From assembly GCF_006345805.1 (NCBI RefSeq), contig NC_043007.1, positions 55,800,001 to 55,864,000 on the forward strand: a stretch of 64,000 nucleotides of DNA. Direction: 5' to 3'. Under the pieces are notes generated by a model, which saw only the letters and a program-made list of their open reading frames with translations, was not told where the DNA came from and did no database searches. Within the stretch, counting starts at the first letter, position 1; each line of letters starts with the position of its first letter. The translations under genes were made by a program, and so were the position numbers. Positions 1 through 12,597 of the stretch are shown here, piece by piece. The stretch is from Octopus sinensis (taxonomy: Eukaryota).

Positions 1-1747
1 ATCATCTCATTTACATGGATGATTTAAAGCTCTTTGCAAAAAATTACCTACAGCTCAACAGCTTACTACCGATTGTTAAACAATTCAGTGATGACATCAG
101 AATGCAATTTGGCCCCAATAAATGTGCAAAAGCTACCTTTATCAAAGGAAAAATGACAGAAACATCTAACGTTAACCTTGACCAGCAGCATGTCATAAAA
201 CAGTTAGACCCAGCGGAGAGCTACAAGTACCTAGGGGTAATTGAAGGGGATAGAATAAGGCATTCAGTGATGAAGCAAAGGATCAGGAGAGAATGTTATC
301 GCAGAGTGAGAGCAATACTCAAGACAGAACTGAATGCGAGAAACAGGATCGAAGCGATCAATGCTTTAGCAATACCAGTTGTGACTTACAGTTTCAATAT
401 CGTTAACTAGTCAATTACTGAAATATGTAATCTTGACAGAAAAATACGAAAACTGTTGACAATGCATAGAATGCACCACCCTAAGGCAGATATAGAACGT
501 CTTTATCTGCCAAGAAAAGAGGGAGGCCATGAACTTTTACAACTGGCAATAACAATGAAGATTGCTACAATTGGCCTAGACACCTACCTGAAAAACTCTG
601 AGGACTGGATGTTAAAACTTGTCTCAAAACATGAAAACAAGGAAGCATCATACTTAGTAACAAAACAGGCAAAGGTATATCTAAGTGAATTCCGAATACA
701 ACAAATTTCAGAATTAGACATACAAGAAACAAGCACAGAAAAAGCTAAGCGCATGAAAACCCGTGCTAAAACTGCTGTCGTAGATATTCTGAATTATAAA
801 TGGCAAGAAAAATCTCTAAATGGCAAATACCCAATGAGAGCGAATAATGCAGATGTTGACAAAGCCCTGACTCATCAATGGCTAATGGCCTCTGGCTTAA
901 AATCTGAAACAGAAGGGTTTATCATAGCAGCTCAAGATCAGTGCCTACCTACAAGGAACTACCAGGCCAACATATTAAAGAACGGCAGTAGTCCAGCATG
1001 TCGTGTATGTCAACAACAAAATGAAACCATTGATCATGTTGTCTCCAAGTGCAGTCTTCTAGCACCTACAAAGTATCTCAACAGGCATGATAGAGCCGCA
1101 CAATATATTCACTGGGTAATTTGCTAAAGCCTGGACTTGCCCCATGAAAAAACTGGTGGGAACACAAACCACCTCCAGTGCTTGATGACCACATCTCACT
1201 CCTCTGGAACTTCACCATTCAAACTGACAGAAAGATAGATGCAAATAGGCCAGACATCATATTGAAAGACTTCAGACAAAGAACATGCCTTCTCATTGAT
1301 ATGACTGTCCCAATCGATATAAATGTATCTGTCAAGACCTACCAATAACTGAGCAAATATAAAGATCTTGAAATAGAAATCAGCAAAATGTGGAACCTGA
1401 AGACTAAAGCAATACCTGTTGTCATAGCAAAAGGGAATGATAGCAAAAGGAGCTGATTGTTACCTAGCTCAGATACCAGGAAACCCCAAAATGGCAGAAA
1501 TTCAAAAGATAGTGCTCATGGGAACTGCTCATATCCTATGCAAAATACTTTGTATGTAATCTCAAGTTTTAAAACAAACATAATTTTCGCATGGTTTTTT
1601 AGACATTCACTAGTACAATACTAAGTACAAAACCAAATATATGGCACCCTAGGCATAACACCAACATGAACTTCCAACTTGTTGTCTCTTGAGGTCTCTG
1701 GGTGAGACTTGGAGCCAACTTGTACAAATGTAAAGCAAAAGTCAAAC

Positions 1748-1750
<3 letters not shown>
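1..1750 (+). mobile_element. Disrupted non-LTR retrotransposon (REL-endonuclease type, R4/Dong-like), 3' half of the ORF plus 3' UTR
   Basis: RT motif YMDDLKLF at the start; CCHC finger CRVCQQQNETIDHVVSKC; PD-(D/E)xK-type region TDRKIDANRPDIILKD...LLIDMT. In-frame stops at 408-410 and 1125-1127, then a frameshift. Ends in a (TAA)n tail at 1751-1850. Confidence 0.9.
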
Positions 1751-1810
<60 letters not shown>

Positions 1811-1850
1811 TAATAATAATAACGATAATGATAATGATAATGATAATACA
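1751..1850. repeat. (TAA)n/(TGA)n microsatellite, tail or target of the LINE
   Basis: Direct reading of the sequence. Confidence 0.95.
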
Positions 1851-1949
1851 CTTAATTCAGAAATAATGCTTAATTCAATAGACTAGTTAATACTGAATAT
1901 CAGGTTATTTGTACATTGGTACATCAATTATAATATTGTTGATAAACAA

Positions 1950-3400
1950 GAAACTATCATATCTAATTTTGGTGGCTAACATCTTGAGCTTATTGTTTTA
2001 ACTTCTATTCTTTCACACAAATATGGGTTGGATAGATCTTCCATCTAACATCTTACTAAAGCATCACCTTTATGAAATTCCAATTTGTCTCATTAAACTC
2101 ATTTCATCTCACCACTTCCATTTTCTATTTCCTAATTGTACCAAAGACACATTTTATCACTAACTTGGGGTACTTTGTCAAACATCTTGCATCACACCCT
2201 CAATTGATTTTACTAATGTAGCTCACTTTTTTCTGCACCTTACACTCTTTGTGTTTAATTTTCCTCAAGGGATAAATATTTGTTTCTCTTTGTCTTGTCT
2301 GAAAGAAATCTTTTATTTGAGATACTTATACTTGGTTGGTCTGTTATCTAACGGTAGAGTAAGATTCTAAAGAATGAAACAATCAGTCATGTATGACACT
2401 GCTATATTAATCAGTAATATCTTTAGCTGGTTTACAGTTCACATACTGAATGATGAACTAGAATAGAACATCACGTAATGGATGATATTATGAGGATACG
2501 ATTTAGATGCTTTACCAGCTTTCTTTATTGCTCTGATTACATTGGCTATACTAACTTCACTATCTTAATTCTGTGATCACCATTCCCTGTGCTGCTTCCT
2601 TATTCCCATATACTATAATTTCTATAACTATTATCTCAACCCTCTCATGACACTCTTGCCTTTTCTGTTACCTATACAACCACTTCTAAACTCCTAATAA
2701 TCTTATTGTATGTCAGTAAGGGCATCCCAGTTTTAATTCTCTGTAGAAACTGCTTCACTTGGATTGCTAACAAGCTTTGATATGACAATTACCTATTTCC
2801 TTATTTCTATGTGAAACTTCCCAAATATTGAAGGAACTATTACATCAAAATCATTGGTATTCATATAGTCTTCAATGGGCCAAAATATTTTCAATTCAGT
2901 TTTTTATTTCTTGTTATTTCTCTATGTTGAATTAATTTTCCTTGTAATGTTCAAGAGATTGATTTTTTTACAATTTTAGTAAATTGTGACGACTACTGAG
3001 ATTCCTATTTCTTGAAACCATGCTGTGTCTTTATAACACAGAATAGAGATTTATTTTATTCTTCTATATAGTAGAGTTTCCTATATTTTATACTTTTTTG
3101 GGCCTTTGTTTGCTCTTATTTATTTTGTACTTGAACTCTCTTTTCTAATTTATTTTTTAAAATAACCAATTAACATCAGATTATTATGTTTTATAGGATC
3201 AGCTGTAAAATTTCTGCAAGTTTTGTTAATTTTGCATCTAACTTTTAATTTGTACTTCAAGTTTATTGTCACAGATATTCATTGCTTATACTTTTGGGGT
3301 TGGCGCATTCTTTAACTCTAGTTTTAGTTAATCAATATAGTTCTAAATGAATTATTCATTTTATTAATCTTTCAGTGAGTGTCCAAAACACTTATTATTA
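1950..3400 (-). pseudogene. Heavily decayed LINE ORF2 (RT) remnant
   Basis: Minus-strand peptide scraps resembling RT motifs (IKKAGKAS near 2510, KMFDKVPQ near 2175); no open frame. Confidence 0.4.
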
Positions 3401-4145
3401 AAACCATTTCATATCTTATCCACAAGTATTGTAGACCTTTCACTTTTCTTCAACTGAACTTCCATGCTGGGACAATAAACATCTATCCAATTTTCCAAAT
3501 GCGTCAATGGCTTTCTTAGTTCAGAATAATATTTCACTACCAAGAGAATTTCTCATATTCACAGTACTGCCTAAATTGATGAATCTATCCACAACCAGCA
3601 ATTTTCATCCAAACACATGCAGGTTGGTGCGGTATGACTGTCTTTTTCAGACCAATTGTTAGACCCAATGTACTGTATAACAATTGAGACAGAGTCCATT
3701 AGCTGCTGAATGTCACTCTGGGGTGAGCAACAAGATAACAAGATTTCCCAATCACTTTTGTTCATATCTAATTTCTTCAAGTTTTCCTTCACATAGTCTT
3801 TATACCTTTTCCTCGGTTTAATTGAGCTTTGACAATTGCTCATCTTTCATTCTAATAACATGTCCAGCTATTCTCATTTGAGCCAAGGTAACATGTTGTT
3901 CAACTGAGCTACAATGTGCGATGCACAAAACTTCTGTATCTGGTATGAAACATTCCCACTTGACTCCCAAGATACGTCTCAGGCACTTTTGATGAAATCT
4001 CTCCAGTATTTTCATATGACGCTAATAAAGAAATAAAAAAATAATAAAGAAATATTTTCATATGACACCTGCAAGTGGTTTATGTCTCTCTCTTGAGTAA
4101 AGAAGTTCAGTCAAGACACACATTTTATAGACACTGATTTTTGTC
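3400..4145 (-). mobile_element. RTE-clade LINE 3' fragments (two pieces)
   Basis: 4145-3600 reads ISVYKMCVLTELLY..ET*TTCRCH MKILERFHQKCLRRILGVKW...GHVIRM...KPRKRYKD. 3560-3400 reads KKAIDAFGKLDR...KVYNTCV. Both are typical of the RTE RT C-terminal region. Confidence 0.8.
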
Positions 4146-4277
4146 TGCAGGGAAATACCTATATCTGCTCATACTCACTTTTCGAGCATTCCAAATGCAA
4201 CACTTCCCTTCCTTATTTAATAATATATCTCTGCATCAAGACTGCATGCATACATACATACATACATATACATATAA

Positions 4278-4357
<80 letters not shown>

Positions 4358-4466
4358 CCTGCTCGCTTAGCCAGTGGGGTGGCATCATTCGAAAGCTAAA
4401 ACAATGCGAAGCGCATTGTGGCCAGCAATGTGTAGCAACATCTGATACCCTGGTCGGTCACGTGAT

Positions 4467-4526
<60 letters not shown>

Positions 4527-5394
4527 ATATACATATATATACATGTCTGTAGATGCATACTTATATACATGTACTTATATTATGTATATATATATGTCTT
4601 TACACACACACATTTGGTGTCTAAGGTTTCTATCCAGCAAATTTCACTCATAAAATATTGATCAACACCCAATGTGCTACACTATATAATTTGAACCTGG
4701 AACCACATGATTGTGAAGGGAATTTATTAACTGCATAGTCATACCTATACACATAAAACCACATGTACACATGCATAGAAACTAGTATACATATACATGT
4801 ATATCTAAATATATTTTGTTTCTTCTGACCCTCAAATTAACAAATTAAAATCAAAAGCCACCAATATATAACCCTCCTTTATTTCAATGGTGACTTGGTT
4901 TGGGAGTTTGCCCTATTAAATTAGCTCATAGAATTCCTCACTGTGTGGATTGTGTTATGTGTTTTAAGTGTTTTAGTGCCGTCAGGTTGCAACCGTGTAG
5001 TGTTTGTGGGTCATGAGGGTTGAGTTGTGTCTTAGTGTCAGATAATTATGTGCTATGTAGTTGGAGGGCAAGCACATAAAAATACACACACACAAACATA
5101 TGCACATTCACGTGTACACTTACACATACATACTCACATGCACATTCACACACATGCACACACGCACACATGCCAGTTTACCTTTGTTCATTATACCTTA
5201 TATTCTGCTGTGCTACCTAAAACCATATACTGTGTAACATTATTTTTGTCCATCTTTATATTATAACTATGTCAAATTGTATTGATACTCTATTAATTAT
5301 CACTTGTAAGTTTTACATGGTTCATTGTTCCATTGCTATACTTTGTTACTTGTTACTTAACACCAATTCTAGCAGTCTGCCAGTGAATCTATGC

Positions 5395-6804
5395 ATCAAA
5401 GACATTCTATCAATGGCCATACCATCTTATTCTTTTCAGACATAATGTTTAGGGACCCCACAATACAATATGTCTCTCATTTCTTAAGACAGTATAGTAT
5501 AATTTGGGGGATATTTGGTTGCTGTTTCTAGAATGGTAAATAATCTTACTAAGGCTTCCATGTTGATTTGTTCATTAGTTGCTGCTACCATGGTAACATT
5601 GATTTATATGATCCAATGTATCAACATGTATAATGGTGTTTGACATGCAAAACTTAGCAGCCAAGTCTCTCTCAAATCACACCTTATTGCTTAAACAGTA
5701 AGGGAAGGGCTCAGGGTATATCTCAGTTCTAAATATATAAATATACCAAGTTTGAAAAATGATTGGATGGTCATGGCTGGAATATCTCTGATCATATAAC
5801 TGCTTCATTAGAGATAAACTGAATCTAAACAACAACAATAACAACAACAGCAATAAGAAGGACTTGCTTGGTAATACAATCCTAGATAAACAATGCCTGA
5901 AAAATATCTGCTGATCATGGCTGAATTCTTTTAATCAGAGATCTGCTCAATCAAGGCTGACATGGAGTTACATAACAACAACAGATATGACAATTTGGCT
6001 TAATTACTGTGATAATTTATTTTAGTTTGTTATCATAATAATTGCTTAACTACTGTTACTTACAAGTTAATGAAGGAGCTGACCAGGTGCTAAACAAAAA
6101 CCACAGCATACTTTAATTGATATGCTTGTTATTACTTATGATGGGTCAGTGCTGCATGAGCAAATCTATGATCAACTTTATTCCAACTGTGGTCATTCCT
6201 TTTTTACCCCAAGACCACATTAGCTAATGCACCCTTCTTTTCTAAGAGAGCAGGGAAATTTGCTTCTGTTTCTAGTGCATTAAACAACCACCCAGAGGCT
6301 TGTATTTAGCTCATCTCACTTTAATTACTATGGTACCTTTCCTCAATTTAATTGCCACAGTAGCTTAGCTCACTTTACTTACCACAGCACCACACTTCAG
6401 TTTATGTTCCATGGTACCTTATTTTAGTTTAAATGCTGCAATAGATTATCCTGATTGACCTAACTTGACACATTACCTATGGTGCATTATCATAGCTGAA
6501 GCACTTGCTGCATGCCTGCACTTCAATAATCTTTTTTTTTTTTGAAGGAAACATTTCATAACATTTCATATCACTATAGCAACAGCAGTTGATGTTTTAA
6601 TAAAACATAGGATTAATGTCAATGGATTTAAAACGTCAGTATGTACAAATACTTTAGGTAAGAAGCAATTAACATAATTAATTATTTATAAAATATGCCT
6701 CCTCCATTAATTGCAATGTTTTCTCACTTACCCATCTCCACCTGTCATTTCGTGGGTTGAATCTTTTTTTATTTGTTACCATCAGATATTACTGAGTAAA
6801 CATC

Positions 6805-6835
<31 letters not shown>

Positions 6836-7860
6836 CTATCACCATCATCTCTACCACCATCAAAAGTATCACCACCACCACCACCACCAATAACAATAAC
6901 AGCACCAGCAACAATAACATTACATAACACTACCACCAACACAAGCACCATCCCTGCCATCATCCTCATCATCAATGATTACAACAACCATCAAAACAAG
7001 CAACACCACCAAAATTACTGATGACATCACCTGACACCATAGTCACCCCCCACACAGCCAAGCCAACCACCATCACCCCCAACCACTACCAAAACCATCA
7101 ATAGCATCACAGTCGCAACAACCACTACCAAAACTCCAACCACCACCACCACCACCACCACCACCACCACCACCACCACCACCACCAAAACCACCGCCGC
7201 TGCCATCACCCCAATCACCAATACCACTGCTACTTTCATCACAACCATCATCAACATTCCAACCATAACCATGACCATCCAAGCAGATAAATAGAGAATC
7301 AATAAAGAGAAATCTATAAACTGATCTGCAGTTAGATGTATGTAGACAAGTTGCTATTGACAACAGCAGTTATGATGGTGATGGTGATGGTGATGACGAT
7401 TGGGGTGAAGATGAAGTTGATGACGATGATGATGATGAAGAGAATGGTGATGAGGATGGTGATAAGAATGTGATGATGATGATGATGATAGGGGCGAGGA
7501 TGAGGATATTGATGGTGACAAGGATGGTGATGATTATGGTGATAATGATGCTGATGATGATAATGATAATGACAACAAAGATGATGGTGATGGTGATGAT
7601 GATGAAGATAATGATGAATAAATTAACATTAATAGTCTTTCTCAGAGTTGTTATATATCCTCATATAAGCCTTGGCTGAGTAGGCCAGTGATCAAATGCA
7701 TTCCAACCATGACCATCCCATCTTTTCCTTAAGTAAAATGAATGCAGGGGCAACACTATCCAGTATGTTGTTTTCTGAAATGGTAGGGTGAGATTCACAG
7801 CTATTTGTCTGCTATTTCTAGCACTTGGATTAACCATGAAGATGCTCCCATTGCTGATTT
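5395..7860. repeat. Cluster of about five diverged copies of an unclassified dispersed repeat (approx. 5395-5560 +, 5640-5825 -, 5860-5985 -, 6130-6300 +, 7670-7860 +)
   Basis: Shared motifs ccagccatgaccatcc and gatttggctgctatttctag in both orientations. Confidence 0.55.
6800..7625. repeat. Degenerate (CAC/CAT/CAA)n tract followed by a (GAT/GGT)n tract
   Basis: Direct reading; source of the poly-H, poly-G, poly-V and poly-M ORFs. Confidence 0.9.
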
Positions 7861-7974
7861 ATATTGTAAAAAGTTCATGAACAGTGATGTCAGTGGTTGA
7901 GGGGAAGAAATAGTCTGATGTGTTTCTAGTATTGTTATTGCTGTTGCTATAATTGTGTTTTTTTTATATATATA

Positions 7975-8170
7975 TATATGTTTTACTCATTAGACTGTAG
8001 CTATGCTGGGGCACCAGCTTGAAGAACTTTTATCTGAATGAATTGTTTTAAGCCTGGTACTTATTCTATGAGTCCTTTATTTCTGAATTGCTAAGTGATG
8101 TGGACATAAACAAACCAACATGAGTTGTCAAGTGGTGGTGGAAGATAAACGGTGATACAAACACACACAT

Positions 8171-8209
<39 letters not shown>

Positions 8210-8360
8210 CACACACACACACTCACACACACGCAGACATGACCGGCTTCTTTCAGCTTTCATCTACTGAATCCACTCATAAGGTCCACTCAAAGTGCCT
8301 TGCAGTGGGATTGAACCTGGAACCTTGTGGCTGGGCAGCAAGCTTCTTACCACTCAGGTA
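7975..8360 (-). mobile_element. tRNA-derived SINE family A, old CpG-decayed copy
   Basis: Reverse complement aligns to the 24038 and 61733 copies, including the internal (TG)n tract. Confidence 0.8.
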
Positions 8361-8590
8361 CACCTGTTTTTTTTTTATTTTACTGTTGTCCAATCTCTCC
8401 AAGCAGGTGGTATGGTGTGGTGTGGTGTTATACCTTGTGGCACGGTATAGTTGATAAGTAGCTGTGAATTTTTGCAATGTATAGGTTAATCCAAAAGGAG
8501 CAACTTAGTTTCCTTTTATGGTGGAACTAGGTCTTGAGAGATATAGTAGGTTAGACAGTCTAAAGGAAATGTTTTTATCATTATTATTAT

Positions 8591-9090
8591 TGAGTGAGAG
8601 AGCAGTGCATGCCATCAAAGTGACACTGGGGTAAAATATACGAAGCCCAATATACCCATCATGACTACCCGTCTGATAAAGGTACACCAGGCACATGCAT
8701 TACAACCATATGTGCGCGACATGCTGATCTCATATCAAGATAAACAGCACATGACCTTGCAGGTGGGGCCCACTTAGAATTTTCTTCAGGTTGAGTAGCC
8801 CATCCCGCTCAAAAGGTCCCTGAATAAGGGTTGTTTAAGGATGTTGAAAGAACCACCCATGTTTCCAGAGGTGAATTATTCAAACCCCAAAGAATCCCTC
8901 TCAACACATGGCTATGATGCTCCCCCACTACTTCTGCTCGTGATCAGAGATGCACATATCGTCAGCCACTAAGGGACATGCTCAACTGGTTAAGGTCAAA
9001 CAACTGACAAGCAAATCTGTGGTATTGAGCAGAATATTTGCTGTAGCCCATCTTTTATACCGAGACAAAACAATGTACATGATAACACTT
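8591..9090 (-). mobile_element. Non-coding element X, copy 1, embedded in (ATT)n
   Basis: Highly similar to 10790-11280; bounded on both sides by (ATT)n; no ORF. Probably a long LINE 3' UTR or a non-autonomous derivative (inference). Confidence 0.7.
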
Positions 9091-9104
9091 ATTATTATTA
9101 TTAT

Positions 9105-9317
9105 AAGGCAGTGAGTTTGCAGAATTGTTAGCACATTGGACAAAATGCTTATTGATATTTTGCCTGTTGCTATGTTCTAAGTTGAAAATCTGTCAAGATC
9201 AGCTTTGCCTTTCATCCTTTCGGGGTCGATAAATTAAGTACCAATTGAACACTGGAGCTGATGTAATTGACTCATCCCCTCCCCCAAAATGGCTGCCCTT
9301 CTGGGAAAATTTGAAGC

Positions 9318-9353
<36 letters not shown>

Positions 9354-9564
9354 GGTAGCAAGCTAGTAGAATCGTTAGTACACTGGACGAAATGCTTAGA
9401 AGTATTTCGTTCATTGCTATGTACTGAGTTCAAATTCTGCTGCGGTTGACTATGCCTTTCATCTTTTCAGGGTTGATAAATTAAGTATCAGTGAAACACT
9501 AGGGTCGATGTAATTGACTAGTCCTCTAAGTTGAATTTCAGGCCTTGTGACTTTAGTAGAAAGG

Positions 9565-9607
<43 letters not shown>

Positions 9608-9830
9608 GTATCATCATCATCATCATCATCATTATTATTATTATTATTATTGTAAAGGCAGTGAGTTGGCAGAATCATTAGCATGCCGAGTGAAATGTTT
9701 AGCGGTATTTCATTCATCTTCACATTCTGAGTTCAAATTCCACCTTTCATCCTTTTGGGGTTGATTAATTAGGTACCAGTGAAACAACAGGTTCAATATA
9801 ATTAATTGACTAGCCCTTCCTCCAATATTT
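9105..9830 (+). mobile_element. Three tandem SINE family B copies (9105-9319, 9352-9565, 9655-9830) separated by (ATT/ATC)n
   Basis: Each has a tRNA-like head (ggcagtgagttggcagaa..., B-box-like gagttcaaatt) and the body ctttcatcctttcggggtcgataaattaagtacc. Confidence 0.85.
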
Positions 9831-9844
9831 ATTATTATTATTAT

Positions 9845-10508
9845 TTTGGTTTGGTTCAGGTTTGGTCTTATTCCTGGTAGGTTTTATGTGGGTAGCAGAT
9901 TACCACCTGTAAGCTTAGGTATCCACAAGGTTTCAGCAGTCTATCAAGTGCTTAGAACCCTCCTGATAATTCTTGCTGTCCCTAAGACACAAACTTTCCG
10001 TAGGAGCTCCACTGGGTATTCTATTCCAATCTTCTCCAATTTGTCTGTATCTTTGTATACTGTTCCCAATGCGTCAATTATTATAGGCATGACCTTTACT
10101 GTTTGCATGGTCCAAATTCTTTCTATTTCAAATTTTAAAGGATTGCATTTTTTTGTTTTTTGTCCTCTTTCTTTATGATCCTGGAATCAAATGGACATGA
10201 TGGGTCGATAAGTAAGCAACTTTGCTTTTCCATATCTATAATCATTGTGCCTGGTTTATTATATTCTAACTTTATGTCCGTTTGAATAGGAAAGTCCCAC
10301 AAAATCTTATATTTCTCCGACACCAGTACGCTTTCAACTTGATGATTGTGCCATGTGTTTTCATCTTCAAATCCCCATTTCTGGCGCAATTTCGAGTGCA
10401 AAACTTTTACAACCTGGGTGTACCTCCAATTTCTTATATTCTTCCTGTACCAACTTTGGGCATTCTGTCACAATGTGTGCCAGTCTCATGCTAAGTTCCA
10501 AAGCCTCT
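9845..10508 (-). mobile_element. 5'-truncated REL-type LINE of a second family
   Basis: KILWDFPIQTDIKLEYNKPG...CLLIDPSCPFD and C-terminal ELLRKVCVLGTARIIRRVLST; (ATT)n on both sides. Confidence 0.85.
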
Positions 10509-10524
10509 ATATTATTATTATTAT

Positions 10525-10740
10525 AAAGGTGGTGAGCTGGGAGAACCATTAGCACACTGGGCAAAATGCTTAGTGGTATTTTGTCTGACTTTACATTCTG
10601 AATTCAAATTCCGACAAGTTCAACTTTGCCTTTCATCCTTTAGGGCTTGATAAAATAAGTACCAGTCGATCAGTTGGATTGTTATAATTGACTTAACCCA
10701 CCCCTGAAATTGCTGGCCTTGTGCCAAAATTTGATACCAT
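10525..10740 (+). mobile_element. SINE family B
   Basis: Same head and body as the 60734 copy. Confidence 0.85.
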
Positions 10741-10789
10741 TATCATCATCATCATCATCATCATCATCATTATTATGATTATTATTATT

Positions 10790-11336
10790 GAGTGAGAGAA
10801 CAGTGCATGCCATCAAAGTGACACTGGGGTAAAATATACAAAGCCCAGTATACCCATCATGACTACCAGTCTGATAAGGGCACATGCATCACAACCATAT
10901 GTGCGCGACATGCTGATCTCATATCAAGATAAACAGCACATGACCTTGCAGGTGGGGCCCACTTAGAATTTTCTTCAGGTCGAGTAACCCATCCTGCTCA
11001 AAAGCTCCCTGAATAAGGGTTGTTTAAGGATGTTGAACGAAACACCCATGTTTCCAGAGGTGAATTATTCAAACCCCAAAGAATCCCTCTCAACACATGG
11101 CTATGATGCTTCCCCTACTACTTCTACTCGTGATCAGAGATGCACATATCGTCAGCCACTAAGGGACATGCTCAACTGGTTACGGTCAAACAACTGACAA
11201 GCAAATCTGTGGTACTGAGCAGAATATTTGCTGTAGCCCATCTTTTATACCGAGACAAAACAATGTACATGATAACACTTCCAATCAGCTAAGATCAGAA
11301 GCCATGAGAGCCACTGCCTCGTACAGCATCACGGCA
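10790..11336 (-). mobile_element. Non-coding element X, copy 2 (about 55 bp longer at its 5' end)
   Basis: Aligns base for base with 8591-9090, with few substitutions and one short deletion. Confidence 0.7.
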
Positions 11337-11339
11337 TTT

Positions 11340-11371
<32 letters not shown>

Positions 11372-11391
11372 TATCATTATCATCATTATTA

Positions 11392-11441
<50 letters not shown>

Positions 11442-11442
<1 letters not shown>

Positions 11443-12041
11443 TATGTTTGACTTTTGCTTTATATTTGTACAAGTTGGTTCCAAGTCTCATCTAGAGACA
11501 TCAAGAGATAACAGGTCGGAAGTTCATGTTGTTATGCCTAGTGTGTCATATATTTGGTTTTTTCTTTTGGTGTTGTACTAGTGAATGTCTAAAAAACCAT
11601 ACGAAAATTATGTTTGTTTTAAACCCTGAGATTACATAGAAAGTATTTTGAGCAGTTCTTATGAATTTCTGCCATTTTGGGGTTTCCTGGTATCTGACTT
11701 AGGTAGCAATCAGCCCCTTTCGCTATCATTCCCAGGGCACCTATGACAAAAGGTATTGTTTTAGTCTTCAGGTTCCACATTTTGCTGATTTCTATTTCAA
11801 GATCTTTATATTTGCTCAGTTTTTGGTAGGTCTTGACAGATACGTTTATATCGATTGGGACAGTCATATCAATGAGGAGGCATGTTCTTTGTCTGAAGTC
11901 TTTCAATATGATGTCTGGCCTATTTGCATCTATCTTTCTGTCAGTTTGAATGGTGAAGTTCCAGAGGAGTGAGATGTGGTCATTTTCAAGCACTGGAGGT
12001 GGTTTGTGTTCCCACCAGTTTTTTCATGGGGCAAATCCACG
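11442..12041 (-). mobile_element. 5'-truncated copy of the LINE at 1-1750
   Basis: ORF 11619-11993 (ENDHISLLWNFTIQTDRKIDANRPDII...) and the 3' UTR match approx. 1130-1750; long (ATT)n on both sides. Confidence 0.92.
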
Positions 12042-12055
12042 TTATATTATTATTA

Positions 12056-12142
<87 letters not shown>

Positions 12143-12152
12143 CATCAATATT

Positions 12153-12597
12153 AAAGGTGGTGAGCTGACAGTGTCATTAATGCATTGGGCAAAATGTCTA
12201 GTGGTATTTCTTCAAGGTTTATGTACTGAAATCAGATGCCACTGAGGTTGACTTTGCCTTTCATTCTTTCAATGTTGATGAAATAGGTACCAGTTGAGCA
12301 TTTTGGTTCACGTAATCAACTTTCTCACTCCTGCAAATTTTCAGGCCTTGTGCCTATAGTAGAAAAAATTATTATTATTATTAATGAAGAGCTGAACAGG
12401 CACAATAATTAGTGCAATGACCAAAATGGTTGGTGATATTTCTTCTGATTCATTATGTTGAGTTCAAATTACACAGAGGTAGACTGTGCCTTTCATTTGA
12501 GGCTGATATAATAAGTACCAGTTGAGCACTAGGATCATGTATTCAAATTTCCCCTTTTCTCAAAATTGCTTGCCTTGTGTCAAATTTTGAAACCATT
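12153..12597 (+). mobile_element. Two tandem SINE family B copies (12153-12368, 12385-12597)
   Basis: Same head and body; (ATT)n spacer. Confidence 0.8.
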
